DNA of 57,394 nucleotides, counting the filler, from Basidioascus undulatus (lineage: Eukaryota): assembly GCA_000826855.1 (NCBI GenBank). It is 4 parts of 4 records of this genome, joined end to end, with 100 filler letters (N's around TTAATTAATTAA, not from the genome) between each part and the next. Parts side by side here need not be neighbours in the genome. Positions count along the whole stretch, not along the records: positions 48,174 to 57,394 come from JTLS01001281.1; 3 more parts are not named here. One strand, 5' to 3'. Position numbers and translations under genes: made by a program. The notes under the pieces are model-generated. The model searched no databases. It was not told where the DNA came from and saw only the letters and a program-made list of their open reading frames with translations. Shown in pieces: positions 48,174 through 57,394 of this stretch. Position 1 is the stretch's first letter. Each line of letters opens with the position of its first letter.

Positions 48174-51100
48174 GGCTGCTCTGACCCCGACCCCGACCCC
48201 GACCCCGTCTTCATCGCTCCCCTCCAGACGGGCGCGCGTGCGCCATCTGCCCAGGGATCCGCTGTCCTTCTTCCTCCCCAACCTCGTTCCCTTTCCAGAC
48301 TTCACCGACCCTGCAGCACCGCAGAGCGTCTTCCCCCCCGAGCTACCGCTGGGGGCGTCAGATAGCCCGACGGGGAGGGAGGATAGAAGAGGGGGCTCGG
48401 TTTCGGCCGGAGGGAGTGCGGGCGCGGCGGGATGGATAGCGAGCAGAGGACCGACTTGGGAGCGATGGAGGGATTCGTGGCAGGTGAGTGTATCGATCTT
48501 GGCAGGGCAGCGCGAGGAGATGCTGATGGGGATTTTCATGGCGCACAGGCACGACCGCCACGGATACCTCCCCCCTCAGATCCGTCCTTCCTACTCGCCC
48601 TCCCTGCCCGCTCGTATTGCTCCTTTGCTATCATGACCCCCATCGCTTCACCATTGGTATGTTCGGTTAATTTCCTCCTCTTCGCTGCAAAGCTGCCGGC
48701 TGACACTCACGTCTTCCGCTGCAGTCCTTATCCTCCTCATCCTCCTCATCCTCACTTCCCGCACGACAAAGACACGACCGCTCCGCTTCTTCAGTACGAT
48801 TAATCTCACCCTTGGGTTTCCTCGCGTGTACGGCACTCACCCTTTGTCTTACTGTGCTCTTCCAGCCCGCTCACCCCCTGGTCTTTGCCTTCCGCGCCTA
48901 CTCCTCCGCCTCGCCCGCCGCGTCCGATCGACCACCACCCGAGCCCTCCGCACTTTCTAGCCCCGGGAACGTCGAGTCCCTTTGGCTCTCCTTCTCCTCG
49001 TCCCCAAGCCGCTTCAATCCGTCCGACCGCCTACACCTTGCCGCGCAGCTCCTGCAGTGCCACGTTCCCGGAACTGAACCTGTGCCGTCCCCACGTGAGG
49101 CGGAGGTAGACCAGCTCGAGCGGAGTCGAAACACCCGGCGAGCGCTGGGCGTCCTCGAGCTGCTTTCGTCGCCCGAGTCAGACGCGCTGCGCGTGCTCGC
49201 TCACGCGCGCTCTGCGAACTGGCCAGCCGCTACAGACGCGACGCTCAAGCTGCTCACACTCCCGCCGCTCGTCACCACTCACGGCAAGCAGGACCGGCTC
49301 TTCCCTTCGCTCCCCGCCCTCTTCGCGCTCACGGCCCTCCTCGTCGAGTCCGCACGCGCCCGGGCTCCCGCATCCGTCCTCGCCTTCCTCTCCGCCCCAT
49401 CTGCGTGGTCCGCCTCTCACCTCTCCACCGCGCTCGACACACCGAGCTTCCGCCGCCCGCACAACTACTCCCCACACCTCGCGCTGTTCAAGCGCGCGCT
49501 GCAGGACGTGCTCGACCTCCTTCCACGGCGGGAAGAGTGGCTGCTGGACGTGATGGACCTCAACGCGCCTCGGGACGAGCTCGCGCGCCAGACGGACGCG
49601 CTCCTCTGCCTCCTCACGGACCACGTGCCAGACTCGGCGCTCGTCGCGCACGAATTCATGCTCGTCCACCGCGTGCCCATCTCGGAGAACCGACGCGCCA
49701 CGCTCGTCCGTGCGCTCATGCGTGCCGGGCGAAAGGCCGAGGCGGAGAACGTATACGACCGGCTGCGGCACGACGTGCCGGAGCTCAGTCGGCGAACACT
49801 GGAGATCGCGCGAAGGCTGTTTGCGCAGCGCGGGCAGGACGAGCGACTGTCGGAGGTGAATGCGCTGCTGGAGCTCCGGGCGCCCGAGTCGACCAAGCGC
49901 TCGACGCGCGCGCACGCGCTCGCCCAGCTCCAGGTTCACGCAGAGCGCGGGGACGTCGAGAACACGATAGCGTGGTTCAGGAAGGCGTATTCGACGCGGG
50001 CACAACTGCCGCCGGGCAAGCTGCGCGCGGACGAGTTGGCGTTCAACGCCGTCATCCACGCGCACATCCAGGTGGACGACCTCGAGGGCGCCATGGGCTA
50101 CGTGGCGCGCATGTCCGAGGCGGGCCTGAGGCCGACGGCGGCGACGTACAACATCCTCATCAGCGCGTTCGTCTCGCGCATCGACGTCCAGAGCGCGCTC
50201 GCGCTCATCGACGAGATGCACCGCGGCGAGATCCCGCTCGACATCTACACGTTCTCCCAGCTCGTCACGCTCTTTGCGCGCCGGCGCGACCCCGAGAGCG
50301 CCGAGCGCGTCGTCCGACACATGATGCGCATGGAGAACGTCGAGCCGGACTTGGGCATTTACGCCGCGCTCATGAACGCCCACGTCGAGGCCGGGTCCTG
50401 GCACGGCGCGATCCGCGTATACCGCTTCTTGGCCGAGGGCAGCGGCCGGCGCGCGCTGCGCCCCAACATCGTCGTCGCCAACACGCTCCTCAAGGCGTAC
50501 GTCCTCCTCGGCGCGCCGTTCGACACCGTCATGCAGGTCGTCCGTGACATCCTCGCCATGCGGCTCCGCCCGAACGCGTACACCTTCGCGCTCGCAATGC
50601 AGAGCGCGTGCGACGCAGGCCGCATCGATGCCGCGGTCGACCTTTTTACGGAGTTCGAGCGGAGCGTCCAAGAGGGCGGCGGCGGGCGCGGGATCCGGAC
50701 GGGCCCGAGCGCGTTCCACTACTCGATCCTGATCGGCGCGCTGCTGCGCACGGGCGACGCCGAGCGCGCGCGCGACTGGTTCGACGACATGAAGCGCCAC
50801 CGCATCGAGCCGACCGCGGTCACGTACGGGATCGTCGTGAGCTCGTACCTCGCGTCCGGGACGATGGAGAACGTGCGCGTCGCGCGCGAGACGGTCGCGA
50901 AGCTGTTCGGGGACGAGGAGGCGCTCGTGGTGCGCGCGTCGGGCGGGACCAAGAAGCGCGATCGCCGGTGGATGGACCGTACGCGGAGCAGGGACGCCTC
51001 AGTCCACAACGTGCTGTTGCCCGTGGTCAGCGCTTATGCGGCCAGGTACGACCCCGAGACGGCCAGGGAGTGGTTCGCAGTCATGCTCGAGCAGGGCGCA

Positions 51101-52174
51101 GAGCCGTCCATCCCCGCGCTGACGACGCTCCTCGACGCGTACCGCAAGACGGGCAACCTCGACGCCGTGCGCCAGCTCTGGACGACCGTCCACCAGCTCG
51201 CGCTCAAGCAGACCTCCAACGATGTCGCAGCGCGCCTCAGGCGGACCTCCGCGTCTTCCGACCCGCCTCCGCCGCCCCGCGTCGACCCCGCGCGCCGCAA
51301 CATCCTCTGTCTCCCCCTCTCCGTCTACATCGACGCGCTCGCGACCGGCGGCGAGCCAGACGAGATCCGACGCGTGTGGAGCGAGCTCCGCGAGCAGGGC
51401 TTCGGCTTCGACCCCCACAACTGGAACCACCTCGTGCTTGCGCTCGTCCGCTCCGGCGAGGCCGAGACCGCCTTCGCCGTGCTCGAGCGCATGCTCGAAG
51501 TGTTCTACGAGCGCGCCCGCCCCGTCTACGCCACCGACTTCACCGCCCCGCCCACCTCCCCGTTCACCCTCGACGAAGACGAGGAGGCTGCGAAGACCGT
51601 GCAGCAGGAGACGCGCGAGCGCACGCGCCGGCTGCGCGAGATATCCAACACGTCGTACCTCGACGAGTCGCACGACGTTACGCCGCCGTCGCGCACGCCT
51701 AACAGACGGCACCAGCGGCGGGTGGACATGAGCCTCGACCGGCGCGTGGACGTCTCGCTCGAGCCGACCGAGCCTAGCCCGGAGGACGCGGACATCGACC
51801 CCGACCTGACGCGCTTCCTCGGCGGCATCCGCTTTGAGGGCGGCAACCACGTCATCTGGTACCCGCACTCGTCGACGCTCAGCAAGCTCGAGGTCTCGCT
51901 CGACAACCTTGCGCGCGGCCTGCTCCCCGTCCGCGTGGCGGCCCTTGCGCCCGAAGACGCGGACGCGGACGCGGACGAGCAGGCGCGCAAGCGTGCAGCG
52001 CTCGAGCTCCATGATCGCATCCGGGCACGGTACCCGACCGCGATGCGCGCCCTCGAGCGCTACCGCCAGCGGAGGGAGGAGTTTGATGCGGAGTCTCCCG
52101 GCGACGGCGAGGTGTGGAACAGCTCAGTGCAGACGTTCAGGGGCGCGAACCGGTGGTTGGAAGATAAGGTGTGA
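48174..52174 (+). CDS. Mitochondrial pentatricopeptide-repeat protein, CYA5/Pet309/Ppr4-like (5' end lost in gap)
   Basis: Multiple PPR repeats ('AFNAVIHAH...M...GLRPTAATYNILISAF', 'PDLGIYAALMNAHVEAG', 'PNAYTFALAMQSACDAG') in ORF 48812-52174; C-terminal 'PLSVYIDAL...GFGFDPHNWNHLVLALVRSG'; upstream exon(s) from 48174. Confidence 0.85.
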
Positions 52175-52851
52175 TGGAAGGTGTGGGTGAGGATGGGCGA
52201 TAGGACGGGCGATGGGAAGAAGGTTGGGGGGTCGGCCGGTTGGATGGAGGGGGAGGGGACTGGATGTTGTGTTGCATGGTTTCTTCGTTCCTCCTCGCTT
52301 GCGGATTTGGCCTGTTGCATTACCCCCCTCTTGCCTCGCACCATTCAACACTTCGCATGCACCCCTCGCACAAGCATAATAGATCGACGCATTTGAGATG
52401 GACGAGGCGCGGGTTCTGGCGTGCCACGACTGGGGTGGGCATTCACAATCGACATCGACAGTCGACAGGATGAACTGTGTGAGCGTTCGCGTCTGAGAAG
52501 AATGGAATCGATTATCTTTTGTCTTCTCCATCAATATGGGGACAATCAAATGCTCTGGAGGGTATAAAATTCTCATGCGGCATGAAACACACGCCCGCAG
52601 TGCCGTACACTACGATTCCGACAGCCTACATCTGCGCAGCGTTGACGGCAGCCCAAACGCCCTCACTAGTTTTCGCCACACAAATCAGAGCAAAAGGCGA
52701 GAATACGTTATGAATATGAGGAGAGCGATGAAAACAAGCAGCGAGTGACATGACACGAGGGTAAGCTGGGGAACGCCGGAAAGCTGCAGGAGAAAGCGTC
52801 AGAGCATGCACTCGATACGCAAAGACAAGAGGCAATCCATCTGGCCTTCAG

Positions 52852-54298
52852 TTAGAGCTCCTCCCCAGGCGGCGCGGTTGCCACAAGCATGATACGAGCA
52901 TACCCTCCTGAAAGCGATGTCGTGTTCCCGTACGTATCCGACTGTCGAAACGGCACGGCCGCCTCCTGCAGGTCGCACATCTCGCCGACAAACATGACGC
53001 CCGAGAGCTCGAAAGGTACACCCCCCGGCTGTTCCTCGTACGCACATTCAGATCTGAAGTCGTCGACGTTGGCGTCGAAAAGCCAGGGTTGGCCCGAGCC
53101 GAATTGAGCATCGAGCGCGCTCTCGAGGGCGGAGGCGAGCTCCTCGTTCTCGGGCCGCCAGCCGTAATACTCTACTCCTCTTCGGTACCCTGAGGACACA
53201 GCTCGCGCAAAAGCTCGTCATTTCGACGCTCGGCCCAGTTCACGGCAGGGCTGTCGCTGATGTATGAAAAGGAGACGAGGATGTTGGTTGAGAGTGCCGC
53301 ATTGTAGATCTAGGTCGTCGTCGATGGAGTCGCTCGACGTCGGCAGGGAAGGGAACGCAGTCGGGGAAGTGTCGACGTGGAGGTTTTAGGTGATCGTAAG
53401 ACGGCATCCGGAGGTGACGGGCAAGACTTTGTGCTCGGCATTAGAAAAGAAGGCCTTTTGAATTTTGTTTCCTTCAGTGCCCTAATCCAACTGAAGGAGC
53501 AAACCTGAAGTTACGCACCGTCCAACCGATTTCCCCTTCACCTGGGCAGCCCGAACCTCCTCTCCAGCCTTTCTGACGATGAGCTCGCCTCCTTCGTAAT
53601 GGTTCGGCAGCGTCACGACCAAGCTTACCATACCTCTTCCCTCCCGGGAGGTATTGACGTGAAAGCAGAAGAAATGGCCGGCGCGATACACGTTTAGCTT
53701 GTCCTGCCGAGCGTCGATGCGACCCTTGAAGCTGGGCAGCAGCGCTTCATGGACGGACGAGAGGATGGTGGAAAGGGAAGGGGGATGGCGCAGTCGAATG
53801 GCAGGGAGGATGAGAGCGGAACGGTAAGAGGGGTCGAGGGTGCTTTGGCTTTTTTTGGCGAAAGAGGCCGGTACCGAGGCGGAGAGGCCGGCTCCAGAGA
53901 GTCGAGGCCGTGAGGGGGAAGCGTTAAGAGATTTTGCGTCCTGTGCGATGAGACAGCGTCAGCTTGGGCCAGCGCCAGAAAGAGGGGTTGTCCTACCATG
54001 TCGCTCTGGAAGAAGAGATGGATGGGGCCCTGGGCCTTGACGGTACCGGGAGCCGCAAACCTCACTTGACGCTCTTGATCGCCTCGTCCAGCTCGCGCAG
54101 CTTGTTCGCTATGGCAGGCGGCGGCGGCGGCGGTACTCGATCGACCAAGGCTTGGGCCTCCGAATCGGGGAGCGGCAATATAGCTTTCCATGTTCCGTCG
54201 GGCTGGGGCTTGTAGGTCGTCCCATAATTCGCCTGGTGGAGGAAGTGGGTCTGTAGGATGTTCGCACGCAAGAGACGGCGGAAGGGAGAGACGAGCAT
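52852..54298 (-). pseudogene. 2OG-Fe(II) dioxygenase (prolyl-hydroxylase-like) pseudogene
   Basis: 'PASFAKKSQSTLDPSYRSA', 'KLNVYRAGHFFCFHVNT', 'SLVVTLPNHYEGGELIVR', 'AFFSNAEHKVLPVTSGCRLTIT*NL', 'YGN'. The HxD motif reads HxN and there is an in-frame TAA at 53386-53388. Confidence 0.8.
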
Positions 54299-56251
54299 GG
54301 CTGTTACGCGGTGAACGAAAGAGAGCGGGGCGGTGGTGGTCGATAGAAGTTGAAAAGTGGATAAGAGTGCATAAACAGTTTATAAATAGATAGGATAAAC
54401 GGTAGTACAGGGTGACTAGAGGGACAAAGGGACAAAGGGAAAGAGGAGCGACGGGCTGAAGACTGAGTGAGCGGCTGAGTAAGTGAATACCGGAGTGCAG
54501 CGAGGGTGGCTTGTCGATGCCTTGGACCTTCGGTGCTCTTTAAACAACATCTTAGTTGGATCAAGTTCAAAATCAGAAGTGCACACCCGGTTTTGGAATG
54601 TACCAGGCCATGGAAGGGAAATGGTAGCAGCTGCACTGACACTGTAAACGACTGGCCGGACCCAAAACAGTGTATAGAAAATACCGAGAAGATACCCAGA
54701 CTGTGTGAAAACTCAATATATTTTAAGTCTTTCCACTATTACTCGGGCGGCAAGACTCGAGGACGGCCAGGGAATCCCTGTGCAACATCCCGGGCCTGAC
54801 TCCGATAAGCATGCTCTTAAAAAAGTTGCTCTCTCGAAGTATAAATATTTAAAGTCCGTGGGTATCTTGAGGATATTCAAGTCCTTATGCGCAAGTTTGA
54901 AGGCCTACAGCGGTATTCGCCTGAGATGTTGTTGAGCCCCAGTTCGCTCGCCATTTGACCCAAGCACCCCACTTGAGTCTTGACACAGCTTCTTCCATAT
55001 CCAAGCACCTCAGCCAGCAATCTATCCAAAGAATCACGGTTGCCTTGGGTAAATAAATGCCTTCAGGGGAACGGTTCGATTTGTGTCTTGTTTCTGGCTC
55101 TCAGAAGGACACACGAACAGACACGACGAAGTACATTTGTGCGGAGGTTCCCGGCCCAGAAATGTAGAGACCATGAATGCATGATCATTTCAGTCTCGTT
55201 TGACAGCGCTCTAAATGTCTGAGAGGGAGACAAACGCTCAGGACAGGAGTTTCGACAGGCTCGAAGCGCTTGCTGGCTGAATCGAGGGACTCGGGCCGTT
55301 GAAAGTGCTATGATACGACGACGGTTTGACGGTGCCTGAATTCGACACCAGGCTTTGTTCTCAAGAACTTCTTTTAAAAGGGAGGGTTTCAGAGACCGAG
55401 GAGCGATCACGAAAGCCTGTGACGGTGTTGCACCGTCGATGAGCTGGACTTCACGAGTCGACACTGCCCAACTGAAATGCTTTGCAGCGCCCAGCACCCT
55501 CCGAAACAAACTTCGATGAACGTTGTATGGGGAAGTTCTCAACACGAGCCCATTAATTTCGTCTGAAGTGGGCTGCGCCTTACAAAATGCCTACCTGAAG
55601 TTGACGAGTCAGTGCAGGCTACCTGGCTCCCATCATCACCTTCCAATCATCCCCACTTTTCCCACCCCATCCCAACGCACCCAGCCCCAAAAATTATCTT
55701 GGTCGTATCGCCTGCGTGGGCCACCACACCCGCCGGCCGCGACAGTCTGGCTATTGCCCCAGCCACACTGAGACAAACACACCTGGCAGACAAGCAGACC
55801 ACGAACATCATGACAAACACCGTTCTGATTTTTTCACACCACACCACAACCACAACCAAACACCAGGAGACAAAAAAGCAACCTCAGCAGTAAAAGAAGA
55901 GAAAAAAAAGGAACACAGGGGCAGAACGCGTGAAACGTAAAGGACTAAAGAGGCGTAGTGGAAAGAGAGAGAACGTTTATAGCGTAGAAACGTTCGGGCG
56001 CAAGCGCTGTATGAATGTGAATGAGAAGGAATGGGAAGGGAAGGGAAAGGAGTGACGATAGAATGTACGGCTTTTCGACGAGAAAAGCCTGGGGTATTCG
56101 ATTTCGGTTTGGCGGAGGGGAGGGGGAGGTAATTGCACAGGTTGAGTTGAGGAGAGAGGGGATGGGGTAACTCGAGATTGGACACGGCAGGACACGATGG
56201 ATGAGAGAGAGGGGAAGAGAAAAAGGGGTGGGACCGCCGGCGCGCGCCTTT

Positions 56252-57394
56252 TTACGAGCGGAGGAACTGCCAATGGGACCGCGATCAGCATTGAGAGGAA
56301 GGGGAGAAGCGGTGAGGAGCGGGGAAGAATGGAGGATGGGAGGAGGGGGGAAGAGGGCCGACGCACCCCTCCCTTCTTTTTCGTCGAAGTCTTTTCGGGC
56401 GTCAGCGGCCGGCCGCTCTCGAGCCTGCGCTTCTTCTCGTCCAGCTGTCGTTCCGTCCCATCACCACTACGTCAGTTCCCGACCATCTCGAAAAAGACAG
56501 AGAAAGCAAGGAGGGGAGGGGAGAGGAGGGCGCGACGCACCTCCGACCGCTGCTTCTCGAGCGCGTCCTTCATCTCCCTGTGGCGCGCATAGAGCTCCTC
56601 CTCTGACTGCTTGAGCTTGGCCTCCTTCTCCTGGACCTTCTGCTGGAAGACGACTGTGTGCGGGGGCGGAAGGCGCGGGTTCAGTTCCCGGCTCCACTCC
56701 GGTTTTGGTGTGGAGGATCGGGCCAAAGAAGAAGTGGAGGACACAAAGACACACGCTTCATCTCCGCCTCCATCTTCGCGAGCTTGGCGTCGTGCAGCGC
56801 GCGCTCCTCGAGGCTCTTCGCCGCGGGGCTGTTCCGGGAGCCCGACGCAATTCAATTGTCAGCTCCACATTTCCCATCGCCAGGAAGATAGAAGGAGTCG
56901 ATGAGGAAGACCGGGAGCGGGGAGGGGAGGGCAGGGGAAAGTGGAAGCTCGGGACGCACTTGACCTCCCTAAACACGCTCGCGTCTTGCAGCACGCCCAT
57001 GCCCAGCAACTTCCCGCTCCGATAGTTCTCATACAGAACATCGTTCGTGTGCTCGCGGAGCTCTTCCATGTGCGTGCGCACGAGCATCTGGCGGAGCTTG
57101 ACAAAGTCGCAGTGGTCCTCGTTGTCGACCTCGACGACGCCCCAGGGGTACACGCGCCCGCGGACCGTGCGCCCATCCGGGGTCGCGATGGGCGTCGAGG
57201 ACCCCACGACCGCGAAGGGAATCTTGGACTCGATCTCGGCGTTCTCCGCGAGGGTTTCTTCGTCTTCGTTCTCGTAGAAGGGCGCTTTGAAGATCGCGAT
57301 GTCGTGGTGCGCGATGTCGGCGAGGATCTGGGTGGGGAGGGGTTGTACCGTACTGCTGGACCATGGTCGGACATGCTATGCTGTTGGTTAGGTT
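56252..57394 (-). CDS. CDC3: Septin Cdc3/AspB, 3' part (continues beyond window)
   Basis: 'IPFAVVGS', septin unique element 'VRGRVYPWGVVEVDNEDHCDFVKLRQMLVRTHMEELREHTNDVLYENYR', coiled coil 'VFQQKVQEKEAKLKQSEEELYARHREMK', ending KKKGGFLRS*. Confidence 0.93.

Noticed and set aside
49178..52012. Long antisense and alternative-frame ORFs over the PPR gene (also over SET9, SF3B2 and EGD2)
   Set aside because: Expected shadow ORFs from high-GC codon usage; no independent motifs.
1..57394. Mating-type locus, secondary-metabolite cluster or prokaryotic defence system
   Set aside because: No homeodomain, STE3 receptor, CAAX pheromone, PKS/NRPS or cas-like genes recognised; the gene content is eukaryotic housekeeping plus pseudogenes.

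Overview
Eukaryotic, intron-rich, GC-rich fungal DNA, most likely a basidiomycete (short introns with GTGCGT/GTGAGT donors and GCTGAC branch sites). The taxon cannot be fixed from the sequence alone. The window contains three artificial 100-bp gap linkers (N44-TTAATTAATTAA-N44). Recognisable genes, in order: SET9-type H4K20 methyltransferase, an orphan coiled-coil protein, SLX1 (partial), ALKBH7-like (partial), RPN8, a Rab2-type GTPase, cyclin L, RAD57/XRCC3, a small KKxx membrane protein, SF3B2/CUS1, NAC-alpha, class II cAMP phosphodiesterase, a WD40-only striatin-like gene, two gap-truncated hypothetical genes, an F-box-like gene, a micro-exon cupin, Gemin2 (partial), a CYA5/Pet309-type PPR protein and septin CDC3 (partial). 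Between them lie decayed accessory sequences: a CpG-depleted Ty1/copia-like relic, a GPCR-like pseudogene carrying an antisense insertion, three pseudogenised F-box paralogs and a 2OG-Fe(II) oxygenase pseudogene. No CRISPR array, rRNA or tRNA was found. I found no clearly new biological system. The best leads are the F-box birth-and-death cluster, the truncated striatin, the disrupted receptor, an unannotated microprotein and a G-U-rich hairpin. Exon structures were assembled by eye and family calls come from motif recognition, with no database search.
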